The notes under the pieces were generated by a model, which saw only the letters and a program-made list of their open reading frames with translations, was not told the DNA's origin and did no database searches. Positions 25,327 through 38,297 of a DNA stretch of 64,000 nt are shown piece by piece; positions within the stretch are counted from its first letter, which is position 1, and every line of letters begins with the position of its first letter. This DNA comes from Octopus sinensis (taxonomy: Eukaryota). The DNA lies in NCBI RefSeq assembly GCF_006345805.1, contig NC_043001.1:113026001-113090000 (forward strand). Reading direction: 5' to 3'. The translations under genes and the position numbers were made by a program.

Positions 25327-26302
25327 ATCTATGAATTGAATACTTTATCTAATTTAGTTTTGAATAAATCTCTTTGATGTAAAAGTATACCTTTGATTTT
25401 TTCCGCTACACAGCAAAAATAAAGACAAAGCAAATGAAAGGAATCACCAGTAATCTACTAAGTTTGGTTATTTGTATTAACCATAGTTATCATATCTCTC
25501 CCCCGCTCTCTCTCCCTCTTTCTCTAGAAATAGTAAGGAAGGAAATAAGCTTTATTCAGGCAAAAAAAAAAAACCCAAAAAAAAAACCCCATTATTTTTA
25601 TTATTTTTCCATTGTTTGGTATGTTTTTTCCTCCAGTGTCTGGAAACAGCTTTGGAATTTTCTCAAACAGTGTATCATAGATTTTTTCCCCTCTTTGGTT
25701 TTGCTGTGATTTGCTATAAAAATTAAGTTCCACATTGTTTACTTTCCTCACTCATTCATTCCTTCTTTTATTTTATTTTCTGTTCATTCATTTATTTTTG
25801 TATTATTTTATTATTCATTTCTTCATTGTCGAATTCATTCTTCAAATTATTTTTTTTATATTTTCCATCTGTTCTTTCCATCACCATTTTTTATTCTTTC
25901 TTTTTTTTTTGTTTGTGTTTCCCTATTTTGTTCCCCACCCCTATTATTTTTATTCATATATTGTTAACTCTTTTTTTTTTCTCCTCTTTTTTGTTTTTCT
26001 CAAAACTGAAATTGCTGAATATTATTTTTTGACATTCTCCCTCCACCCAGCTCTCTGCACCCTCATCTTACTCTTGCTTCAGGTTTTTCTTTCTTGTTCC
26101 AAATTCCTTCTCTGGAAAGAATGAGTGAGAAAGTAGCTGATTCTTCTTTTCCATACAATTTTGTGTTTTTTTTCTATTAATTTGAGGCTGTTGCAAACTT
26201 TCCTATTTTTTAAAAATGTTTGCTTGTATTATCATTCAGTGTTTAATATACATACATTTGTGTGTGTATATACTTACACATTCATATATATATATATATA
26301 TG

Positions 26303-26379
<77 letters not shown>

Positions 26380-26499
26380 TATATATATATGTTATATATA
26401 TGTATATATATATGTATATATATATATATGTATATATGTATATGTATATATGTATATATATATATGTATATATATATGTATATATGTATATGTATATTG

Positions 26500-26570
<71 letters not shown>

Positions 26571-27535
26571 CAAGTGTATTTATTTGCTGTAAATATATGC
26601 ATATACTAAAATGAATTTGTGTATATGCCTTACATACAAGCGTACTATAGCTATACAGATATCTATGTGAATACAGTATGAGTATGTGTGATGGCATGGG
26701 TGTGAGAGAGAAGGAGAGAGAAAGCCTATATATGCCTATCAAATCCTATATTCCACAGCAATAGATCATATGTATGTATCTGAACAGACATATGTTGACA
26801 CAATAAAATGGAAACAAAGATTTGTTTTTGCAATTGTTGTTGCTTCTACTTACGTATTCTCGGTTGTAATGTTTGCTTGTTGTTACTGTAGACATTGTTA
26901 TCATCATCATCATCATCATCATCATCGTTTATTTCTCTTTTGTGGCTTTTTACTCATTTGCATATATATATAACAACAAGTATTCTGAGAGGGAGGAAAA
27001 AGTCCCCCCCACCACACACACACACACTTATTTCTACCTTTTCCATTCAATGTACACACATGCATAAGCACTCATGTACACATATACACAGGCACAAACA
27101 CTCAAATGCATGTTTTGCATGCACATATGCACAGTACAAATGTACGAGTATATACAACCACATGCCCAGAACTAGAACTGTCTCTTGAAATTATTGTTGA
27201 ATTGTGCCACAAAACAGATATTTTCACTCTTTGGAAATATTGGTCTTAGCTACTTCACATATGTTATCACACACACATTCATGTACACAACCACACATGC
27301 TTTCTTTTACATTGACACGTACACATTCATATACACACCTACTTGTGCATTCATATATACTGTCGCACATAAATTCATATGCACTAACATATGCATTTAT
27401 ATACACTCCTACACTTGTATTCATAATCCTCAGGCAGAATCTGTGTATGTATATGCATGCATGTTTGTGACAAAACTGCTTTTTTGAAATATTGGTGTAG
27501 TCCAAATTTCCAGATACACAATTTCACTCACAAAA

Positions 27536-27746
27536 GGCGGCGAGCTGGCAGAAACGTTAGCACGCTGGGTGAAATGCGTAGCCGTATTTCGTCTGCCGTT
27601 ACGTTCTGAGTTCAAATTCCGCCGAGGTCGACTTTGCCTTTCATCCTTTCGGGGTCGATAAATTAAGTACCAGTTACGTACTGGGGTCGATATCTGTCCT
27701 TGTTTGTCCCCTCTGTGTTTAGCCCCTTGTGAGTAGTAAAGAAATA
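27536..27746 (+). mobile_element. SINE family B1 with 15-bp TSD (1 mismatch), nested in a SINE-A remnant
   Basis: AATTTCACTCACAAA at 27520-27534 vs AATTTCTCTCACAAA at 27746-27760; short internal deletion after ggggtcgat. Confidence 0.88.
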
Positions 27747-28194
27747 ATTTCTCTCACAAAGCTTGGGTTGACTAGGGGCTGTAATAAAAGATGCTTTCCC
27801 AATATTGCACCCAACGGAATTAAACCTGTGACCTCATGCTTACCTAACAAACTTTTAACTACTCAGCCAATTCTTATTACCCATTATTAACTGCACCTAT
27901 GTTCAGTGATACATTGAGGATAGACACTGAAAAACTCATTGATAGGTGAGAACAGGTGATAGAAGCATGAGAATATGGTTTCACAACAGTTGTTGTGTTT
28001 GTTGATGATTATGATGATGGTGGTGGTAGTGGTGATGGTGATGATAATGATGATGTCTTTGACAGTTGGCAATATCTACAAAGGAAATTCAAAGTGAAAT
28101 TCAAAACTTCGTTATTATTAGATCCCCAGTGAATTGCTGTGATGTTTCCATTTATTTAGACGACTGTTTCATCTTATTTCATATCACTTCACTT

Positions 28195-28236
<42 letters not shown>

Positions 28237-28667
28237 AATTTCTCTCTCACATTAGACATTGGTTAGGTTTAAGATATAATAAGGAATCTGAATTCTTGAT
28301 CTCTAGTCTGAATATTGACCTTAGGCAAGGAACAGTTTACTCTCAAATCTCTTAGTGAGGATTAACCCCCGAGATCCAGGTCAGTCTGATTAATAATTCC
28401 CATGAAATTTCTGGAAGTTAGATCTAGTTACCAACTTTTGTTGTTACAACAATAAATTGGTTGTTGTTTGTGGTGGTGGTGGTGGTGGTGGTAATAGTAG
28501 TAGTAGTAATAGGGCAGTGGATGACAGAAATGCTAAAACATCCAATAAAATGCCTTGTATTTAGCTGTAGCCCTTTCAGATCCCACATGAGTTAACTTTG
28601 CCTTCCATCTCTCTAGAGTTGATAAAATAAAGTACCATTGAAGTACTGGGGTTGATATGAAATTGAC

Positions 28668-28819
28668 GGAGTGGTTGTATAGTAAGTTGCTCACTTACCA
28701 ACCACATGGTTCCAGGTTCAGTCTCACTGCATGACACCTTGGGCAAGTGTCTTCTACTATAGCCTTGGGCCAACCAAAGTCTTGTGAGTGGATTTGGCAG
28801 ACGGAAACTGAAAGAAGCC

Positions 28820-28875
<56 letters not shown>

Positions 28876-29086
28876 ATGTGATGTTTGTGTGTCTGTGTTT
28901 GTTTCCCCCCAACATTGCTTGACAACTGATGCTGGTGCATTTATGCCCCTGTAACTTAGCGGTTTGGCAAAAGAGCCTGACAGAATAAGTACCAGGCTTA
29001 CAAAGAATAAGTCCTGGGGTCAATTTGCTTGACTAAAGGCGGTGCTCAAGTGTGGCCACGGTCAAATGACTGAAACAAGTAAAAGA
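28668..29086 (+). mobile_element. SINE family A
   Basis: Full-length, moderately diverged match. Confidence 0.85.
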
Positions 29087-29097
29087 AAAAAAGAATA

Positions 29098-29145
<48 letters not shown>

Positions 29146-29521
29146 CACACACACTCACACACACATATATAAAGGTGTGTTTGGAGGGATATATTATCCG
29201 GGTGGATACCGTATTAGCTCTCAGTTGATGGTCAACCACAACGATCAGTATCCAACATTTGTGTCTACGATTAGTTGTTGGTCTCTCTGTGAATTCTTAT
29301 GGGTAATTCCATATACTCTATGCTGGACAGTAAAAATTGTCTGGAGTATATATTAATATTAATAATAATAAAGAGTATGGAGGCTTGTACGTCCACAGAA
29401 TTTATTTTATGGTTACATACAGCATACTATAATGATCTACATGTTTCAATTGCAGCAACTACTCACTGTTGCAAATGCAACCTTGCAATATTGTTGGTGC
29501 AGCTTCATGAATATATATATA

Positions 29522-30030
29522 TCATCATCATCATCATTTAACGTCCGTTTTCGATGCTAGCATGGGTTGGACGGTTTTGACTGAGGGCTGGCAACCAGAT
29601 GGCTGCACCAGGCTCCAGTCTTGATCTGGTAGAGTTTCTACAGCTGGATGCCCTTCCTACATTCCGAGAGTGTAGTGGGTGCTTTTTACGTGCCACTTGC
29701 CCGGGGGCCAGTCAGGCGGCACTGGCAATGACCTCGCTCGAACCCTTCTACACGCGCCCACCGGCACAGGTGCCAGTGAAGCGACGCTGGCAACAATCAT
29801 GCTTGAATGGTGTCCTTCTATGTGCCACGTGCACGGAAGCCAGTTGGCCGCTCCGGCAACGATCACACTCGGATGGTGCTCTTGGCACCCTACTAGCACA
29901 GGCATAAGTGCCAGTAAGGTGATGCTGGTAACGATCATACACGAAAAGCCTCTCTGTCAACGATCACACTTGTATGGTGCTCCTTGCACCCCTCCAGCAC
30001 GGATGCCAGTCATCGAAGTGAATTTGATTT
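29522..30030 (-). mobile_element. Family D retroposon, long copy with degenerate ~60-bp internal repeats
   Basis: (CAT)n tail at left, then the D core and repeated gtgcc..ggcac..cgatca units. Confidence 0.8.
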
Positions 30031-30064
30031 TGATTTAATTTGATTATGTATATTATATATATAT

Positions 30065-30110
<46 letters not shown>

Positions 30111-30156
30111 TAGTGAGAGAGGCAGTGTTAATACTAAGAGGTAATATTTATCCCCA

Positions 30157-30320
30157 CTTAAGTGTGGATGTTCTGTTCGCACAAACTACACTGCAGTAGA
30201 TACCATGAGAGGAACTCTCATATTGGCACTCTTGCGTTTTGCACCAAGAGTCAATATGAGAGTTTCTCGTTTGGTATCTACTACTGTCTAGTTTGTTCTA
30301 GCAGAATGTCCACATTTAAG
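30157..30320. repeat. 164-bp imperfect palindrome (fold-back/MITE-like), TTAA at both ends
   Basis: Left arm cttaagtgtggatgttctg..aactctcatattggcactcttg; reverse complement of the right arm cttaaatgtggacattctg..aactctcatattgactcttg; ~10-nt loop at 30235-30244. Confidence 0.85.
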
Positions 30321-30406
30321 GTAAAAATTGACTAATTTCATGTTTCCTAAAAATTGCTGGCCTTGTGTCTAGATTGGAATTCTTATTGTATTTATTGTTC
30401 CTGTAA

Positions 30407-30582
30407 CCATTTAGCATTTAAACCAGCCACATCTGGCCTCTCACACATACTGTTCAATGTCATTCTAAGAGTAAGCTGCCTCATCATTGAGTTATTGAAC
30501 CTATGAGATAATGCTTGATTAATTCCAAACAATGAGAATAAACAAGCATGACATTTGACAAAGTTATATGAATGCCGAAGGG
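30407..30582. mobile_element. Diverged copy of the second piggyBac-type MITE family
   Basis: Starts ccatttagcattt, ends gaatgccgaaggg|TTAA; shares aagcatgacatttgaca and aatgcttgattaattc with the 37950 copy (opposite orientation). Confidence 0.55.
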
Positions 30583-31183
30583 TTAAAGTGGATATTCATG
30601 GCTTCACCACTGATTGTAGTTCCACTCTTGTGTTTATTGTTTACCGTGTTTATTGTTTACCAAATTGAGTTCAGTACTACAGAATTATTCCTTGTTTGGC
30701 ATCATGGCAGCATCTTTATAAACGTCTAAGGTATATTGTTGTTTAGCTCAAGGTCAGCTCTGATCTAGCAAATTTATAATCGAAGGTCAACTGAGGTCAT
30801 TCACTGAATGTCTGTTTCATTCAATGATTAAATGAAGGCCATTTAATGAATGACTGCAGCTTAGCCAATGAACGAAACCTTTTTTTTTCAGCAAGAGGCA
30901 AGCATTCAGTCACTCATTAAATAAGCCTATCTGATATCTTCTATTCTGAAATAAAAAAACTGTGCTTATCACTATGTCTGTTACTACTGATTTCTTCAGG
31001 GTTTGCATAGAATCCCTTGATACTCCTTTCTCCAGAATCTACACTGTAACTCTGGATTGTAGGTTATGTATATACTATCACCTACCAAAGATTAGTACAC
31101 AGCAGAGTGGAAGAAAATTAAGTCTATTAGTTACAAGCATAGATTCCTGTTCAAACTACCTACATATCTAAATGTGTGTGCAT

Positions 31184-31338
31184 GCATGGCTGTGTGGTAA
31201 GTAGCTTGCTAACCAACCACATGGTTCTGGGTTCAGTCCCACTGTGTGGCATCTTGGGCAAGTGTCTTCTGCTATAGCCCCGGGCCGACCAATGCCTTGT
31301 GAGTGGATTTGGTAGACGGAAACTGAAAGAAGCCTGTC

Positions 31339-31386
<48 letters not shown>

Positions 31387-31596
31387 TTGTGTGTCTGTGT
31401 TTGTCCCCCTAGCATTGCTTGACAACCGATGCTGGTGTGTTTACGTCCCCGTCACTTAGCGGTTTGACAAAAAGAGACCGATAGAATAAGTACTGGGCTT
31501 ACAAAAAGAATAAGACCCGGGGTCGAGTTGCTCGATTAAAGGCGGTGCTCCAGCATGGCCGCAGTCAAGTGACTGAAACAAGTAAAAGAGTAAAAG
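31184..31596 (+). mobile_element. SINE family A
   Basis: Near full-length match. Confidence 0.9.
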
Positions 31597-32211
31597 ATAT
31601 ATATATACACATATATATATATATATATATTTCTATTTCTTGTAGATCTTGTAATTTATTCCCTCCTCCCCTTAGGAAAATATAGAATGTACTTCTATTT
31701 TAGGGTGTTGGAGCTATTTTGATGTCTGACATATTCCTTGCCTTATTTATCTTTTTTTTTGTTGTTTTTTTTAGGTTTTTGCTTCTTTAACTTGCTTTCC
31801 ATATTTTGTCTAGCAAGCTCCCTTGGAATACTTATTTTGGCAATGAGGTTGAAGCCTTATTGTACTTGCACTTCCTCGTGAATAGACGAGGGGTGGAGGA
31901 ATGAAAAAGATGTTGATGATAAGAACGATGATGAAATTGAGGGTGATAGCGAATGCGTGCACACATGTGTGTGTGTGTGTGTTCGTGTGTATGTGTGTGT
32001 GTGTATATAGTATAGAAAACTCATACATAGATAAGGAGATGATTCAGTTTATGAGGGAGTAGAGTGGGGAAATCTTGAAGCTCAGCAGCTATAATACTGA
32101 TATCCACAGTAACATTTCCAGTAACATGAACAGCAACAGTTTCTCTATGTAAAAAGATATGAAAGAGAGGGGAGTGAATATACATGTAACAGAATGAGTG
32201 ACTGATATATA

Positions 32212-32259
<48 letters not shown>

Positions 32260-32291
32260 TATATATATAGATATATATATATATATATATG

Positions 32292-32323
<32 letters not shown>

Positions 32324-33766
32324 GATAGATATGTCTATGTATATATATATATAGATGTCTATATATATATTGGTGTTGTAGGTGTGGTAGAAACGTGTGA
32401 TAGTCAGGAAATAAAGAGAGATGTGATAGGGATAAGAAAGAGATATGGAATGGGAAATAAAGAGTTTAATAGCTCTTTGAAGATTAGAACAGATCAGAGG
32501 AAATTGGCTGGGAATAAAAAAAAAAAAAAATTGCCAGTGAAAACAGACATCTCACTACACATAACTTTACCTCACTTTCCTTTACTTTCCTTTACTTTGC
32601 TTTTGATTTTTTTTTTTTTTTCACATCAACTCAGCCTCCTTGTGCATATCTCCTTCATCTCACCTACCCTCTTCAACTTACCTTTCCCTTCTCTTGTGTT
32701 ACTTGCTGCACCTTACCTCCGTTTACTTTTACCTTACCTTACCTCATCTCATTTCATTCCATCCCTTCTTATCTCACCTTTCTTACTTAACCTCTCCCCG
32801 CTCCCCTCTCCCATTCCACATTCAACTCCCCCACCCCCCATCCGTTCCTCTGTCTTGCTTCACCTCATATAGATTCTTTTCCCTTAACTTATCAAGCTCC
32901 TTGACTTTAACAGGACTTTATTTGATAGCAGATAAGATTGGTGCCACTGTTGTTGTTATTGTTGTTGTTGTTGTTGCTGTTGTTGTTGTTACTGCTGCTG
33001 CTGTTGACCTTTCTGTAGTGTTATTACAGCTGTGCCTGCAGGAAGATTAATTGACATATAAGAGCTCTGTGTTGCCTTGCTCACTACCACCACCACCACC
33101 ACCACCACCACACCACCACCACTACTAACAATATTACTACTATACTATGCTGTACTACACCACTATATATCTACACTGTATACAAACACATCATCATCAT
33201 CGTCATCACATACGTATATGTGTGTATATCCTCATTTTTTTTTGCCCATTTCTTCCAAACTGGCATTGGTTGGACAAGAATTTCCAAGACAGTGCTCTAA
33301 TACTGGATGCCCTTCCTGTCTTTCAATTTCTGTCTGCCAATCACAAGGTTTGGTCAGCCTGGATCTATGATATGTTTGTTTATTACCCACAACGGGGCTA
33401 AACACAGAGGGGACAAACAAGGACAGACAAACGAATTAAGTCGATTACATCGACCGCAGTGCGTAACTGGTTCTTATAATAGAAGACACTTACCTAAGGT
33501 GCCAAGCAATGGGAATATATGAGAATGATAGGACACTTACATATATTTTCTCTTGCTTTATAAATATGTGTGTGCGTGTGTGTATATGTATGTGTGTATG
33601 TATGTTTGTTCATACCTTTTCATGTTCATCAGTATGCATTTATATATTTTACACAGGTAAGTTGTAGAGTTATGGAAGTTTCATCAAACTTCCCAAACTA
33701 CTCATTATTTTATAGAGACATCTGATATGGCCAAGTTTTCCAGATTCCAGATTTTACAATTATCAT

Positions 33767-34240
33767 CACTTTGATCACTTTGACCGACCAGTCCGTCAGG
33801 TATCCATTTGACACCGCTGGTCACAGCACGCTGTCCACTCCTCTCTGGATCACACCTTTCTCATCCACGTGATCCCAATCGTCCTCTTGAAATCGTCACT
33901 CCACCGTCGTGGAGGTCTTCCGGGTGGTCTTTTCCGCTCACGCAGGTACCACTCGACAACTGCGTGCGTCCACCGATTATCGGTGAGCCGGGCGACGTGT
34001 CCAGCCCATCTATACTTGCATTTTTGCCTGCTATGTTATATGGTAGTGAAACATGGGCTACCACAAAGAGAGAAGAGCAAAGACTGATAACGGCTCAAAG
34101 AGCCATGGAAAGGTCAATGCTTGGTATCTCGTTGAGAGAGCACATAAATAGCAACATCATCAGAAAGAAGTCCGGCGTGAGAGATGTCATCGCAGAGTAT
34201 ACTCGCAGCAAGTATAGATGGGATGGACAAGTACAGCAAG
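33767..34240 (-). mobile_element. 5'-truncated RTE-clade LINE insertion with 5' inversion and 12-bp TSD
   Basis: Minus strand ~34019-33790 reads KYRWAGHVARLTDNRWTHAVVEWYLRERKRPPGRPPRRWSDDFKRTIG, then a short TCAAAGTGA-repeat tail. Plus strand ~34020-34232 reads LPAMLYGSETWATTKREEQRLITAQRAMERSMLGISLREHINSNIIRKKSGVRDVIAEYTRSKYRW. Both are RTE ORF C-terminal motifs. TACAATTATCAT occurs at 33755-33766 and 34241-34252. Confidence 0.9.
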
Positions 34241-35169
34241 TACAATTATCATACATCATGAAATTATTTATATTATAATTTAGTACCTGATGTTGGTTAT
34301 GTACAAAGGTTTTGTTCTGGTTTCCAGATATTTGGTCATAGTAATCTTCAGTAGACTTTCACTACACGCATTCTCTCTTTCTCTCCTCCTCTATCTCTCT
34401 CTCTCCCTTCCTCTCTCTCATTCTCTGAATGTATGCATGTATACCCACACACAGTTACAAACGTTAGCTCCATTATTACTCCTGAGCTAGATGACATATA
34501 TGATCAAAAACACTCCATCACTGACCATCGTGTCTATTTTTTGCATATTACCAAATGCACCCTTCTATTTTTTAAGTTGGTAGAATAGTATTTGGAGTTT
34601 AGGCTGCTGTTTTTAGCAGGTTGAATGACTGAATATAGGGAGGCCATCATGGACCCACAGACACACAGGCACGCATGCACATGTGAATGTGAGGAATTGG
34701 ATAGAGTGATAACATGTTACCAACAGCCATGTCTCTGACAGAGATTTGAACTATGAACTAACAGTTATGATTCCTAGCTCTTGCAAAGTGACTAGAGTAG
34801 CTTCTACTAAGCTTCCCTATTGCATTCATTCACAGAATGAAGAAAGCCTCAGGTTGTGACTCAGTCAACCATTTAAGCCTAATTGGATAATTTCATTCCA
34901 TACACATATTCAAAAGCTGGTGGCATCTAACATGTACAAACAAAATGGAAATCAACGGTCAGATTATTCCTATACTCAATATTTTGTATTTCCTCATTCA
35001 TAATCTTCTGGCTTAAGTAATTCCACCATTTGACCTAATTTCCAACCTTTTACTGTTGCATGTTACTGATATTTTTATATTTTAACGAATCTAGACTAAT
35101 ATCATTCGAACAAGCCCTTCAGGAAGAGATACTGCAATATTTCCCGGAGTTCAACTACTGAAATATACA

Positions 35170-35563
35170 TCTTTATATATAAAACTGTAGTTGTTTGAGT
35201 GTCTGTCCCCTTTGATTTAGATTCCTAACTACTCCCACATTTTGCAGTGCAGTTTAACCAAAACCGGGTATCTTATAGTCGTGCTTCATATCGAGCCCTT
35301 CTGAGTATTAGCGTTTGTCTACGATGAGTCTACAATTTAAAAAATAATTTACCATCATTTTTTTCCATTTTCATGCATATTTTTTAAAGAGAAGTAACTC
35401 TCTAAAAATGTCTACGATGAGTCAACGATTTAAAAAAAAAATTTACCATAATTTTTTTTCCATTTTTAATGCATTTTTTTGCTATTTTTTGGCTATAACT
35501 CTCTAAAAATGCTGTATAGTTATCTCCCTTACAAACCCGAGCAACGCTGGGCGATACTGCTAG
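35170..35563 (+). mobile_element. Non-autonomous Helitron (~394 bp) with an internal ~93-bp tandem duplication
   Basis: Inserted between A(35169) and T(35564); starts TCTTTATATATAAAA; ends with hairpin CCCGAGCAACGCTGGG (35536-35551), an 8-nt spacer and CTAG; no TSD. The internal repeat starts TGTCTACGATGAGTC at 35316 and 35409. Confidence 0.8.
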
Positions 35564-36302
35564 TATAATGTAAAAATAAGGCTGATTTTAAGAATTGCTA
35601 TTTATTCTCGTATTCTTAAAAGCTGTACATCTGAAATGTCTAAAAGAGCCTCTTTTCTGTGACTCACTTATATAGGATGTAGTTGTAAAGAATTAACTTT
35701 CAACTTGTGGAAATTGAAATTGGGTTTCCAACTAAGTTCACCAGGAACCTACCATCCGTGTTACACTTGTTTGCTGCATTGCATCAATATGGTCGTGTTA
35801 GTGTCGATCTGTGATGCATCAGACCAGATTAGTGATTGCAGCAGTGTGACCAGCTTCACACCTTCATCTCTCTAGATTCATTGGCTGTGAAATGAATGAA
35901 CCTCAATCCTTAGCAGTTGGTTGGTCAATAAGTTACGTCTGTGCATGATCTCTGGTCTACATGCAACCAAGGACTCCTTTTCTGACATCTATGCACTTCT
36001 TGCTATTCTCCCTACCAGCTTCCCTAGTTACAATACGGGTGAATCACTTGAGTTCGTTGTACTTTTGATGGAGATTGATGGATACAAAAAAATATATATA
36101 AAATGAAATAAAGGGGGATTTTGGTTTAGAGAGTAGGGGAAGAAGATGTGGGCTTACTTTGAGGCATTTGTTGTTAGACATGTCTATAGAGATTAAGGGA
36201 ACAGGACGTCTTACATTTGAAGATTATGTCTCTCTAAACAGCTTTGTTAATGTAATCTATTAATGGACAACAGAAATCAAATTCACCAACTTTTATGATG
36301 GA

Positions 36303-36345
<43 letters not shown>

Positions 36346-37374
36346 GGCAGCATTGATGGTGGTGGTCGTCATGGTAGCAACGGTGATGGTAGCAACAATT
36401 CTGTTGTTGTTGGTGGTGGTGGTGGTGGTAGTGTCGATAGTGATAGTGATCATAGCAGTGGTGGTGGCAGTAGTCATGGTCATGGTGGCAGCAGTGTTGT
36501 TGCTGTTGGGGGTTGGTGGTGATGGTGGTGGTGGCATTAGCTTTGGCAGCTGCAAGTGGTGGTGGTGGTGGTGGTGGTGGAGGAGATTGAGAAGGGAGTA
36601 GCGGACTAATAGTTGTGTTCCCAATGGTGTAGGTGGTTAATAGCCAAGGTAGTGATGATGATGATGATGATGATGAAGAAGAAGTAAAAAGAGGAGAGTA
36701 ATGATGATAATGATGGCGGTGGTTGTGGTGGCAGTGATGGAAATAGCCTATGACAATAAGGGATAAGCACAATGAAGGTGGGAGGAGAGCAGTGGATAGA
36801 GAGAAGAGCATTGATAATAAACATTGGGCCATTACAGTAATGATGTTGTTGCTGTTGCTGGTGGTGACATTGGTTCTTACATATTCATACACACGATCAT
36901 ATCTCATTATTAAAGACTTATTTCCAGGGTGTGTGCATTAAGTAAAGAGATGCGTCTGGATGGAAAGGGAGAGAGAGAGAATTGGTACAAGCAGATTCAA
37001 TCAATAATTTACCAAAGGAATCTTCATAATTCTCCATAACTAATTCACCATGTGTTGCTTACATCTTTTATTATTATTATTATTTTTTTTTTTTTTGGTT
37101 CTTTTATGTACTTATTCGTTTCTGTATGCATGCGGGGTCTTTTTTTTTTTTTATTTTTCATTATTTCCTCTTGCAGTCTTGCCCTGTATTATTCCTAATT
37201 CATTATTTTGCTCCCTTTTAAAGGATAATCCCACTGTATTAAATCAAAATCTGGGGGTAATTATGATGGTGGGTGTGCTTAGAATTAAGTCATGTTTGCA
37301 CATATAGTTAAGGATTTGTTATTGGTTGTTCCCTTTATATTTAAAGATTATATTATGTGCTTGTCTTTGAATGC

Positions 37375-37414
<40 letters not shown>

Positions 37415-37949
37415 GTGCAGTTCCATGTGTGTGTGTCTGTAATTATTTACAGTCAGTAAATATAAAATATGCCTGTGAATATATCCACCATACAATGTTA
37501 AAAGTTGGTTCCTGAATTTGTTAACATATAAATTGTATTATATATTTAAAAATCCTAATAAAAAGAGAGTATTAATTGAATTGTTTGTTATAGTATAAAA
37601 TGCATGTATGCCTGTGTATAATTGTCATCATTTTAATGTTCATTTTCATGTTGGCTGTGTGCTTGATTTACAAACTATATGGTCACTCAAGCTGAAATAG
37701 CAGACAATTCTCTCTCAAATTACAGCATTTCATCTTGAAATGGTTGTGGCCTTAGATATAATAGATATATGTAAGGCTCAAGATAAAGGGCTGGAATGTA
37801 TTTGGTCACCAGTCTACTTCAGTCCAGCATGACCTGGAGGTAAACAAAATCGACAAGGAAATTTTTGTATGCTTACAGAAAAAAAATATTGTTTCTTTTG
37901 TATTTGCTGTTGTTGTGGCACTCCAGCAGACATGGTGATTGTCACTTAA

Positions 37950-38167
37950 CCCTTTACCATTCAGATTATTCTGTCAAATGTAAAGCTTATGTATTCACAC
38001 CATGTAAAATTAATCTTGCATCATTTCATGGCTTTGAGATTTCAATGATGTGATTGTTTATTTTTAAAATGACAATAAGGTAGCTATGAATGACCATATC
38101 TGACTAGTTTGAACATAAAATAGGTAGAATATTTGGGCCGGATATGACCAGTTTAAACACTAAAGGG
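37950..38167. mobile_element. piggyBac-type MITE, second family (218 bp)
   Basis: TTAA|CCCTTTA...TAAAGGG|TTAA (TTAA at 37946-37949 and 38168-38171); internal sequence shared with copies at 30.4-30.6 and 47.8-48.9 kb. Confidence 0.75.
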
Positions 38168-38258
38168 TTAAAGTCAAAGTCCTGTTGATAGGACTGACTC
38201 TCTCTTTCTCTCTGTCTTTCACACACACACACACACATACATACCCCCCTCACACACA

Positions 38259-38297
<39 letters not shown>

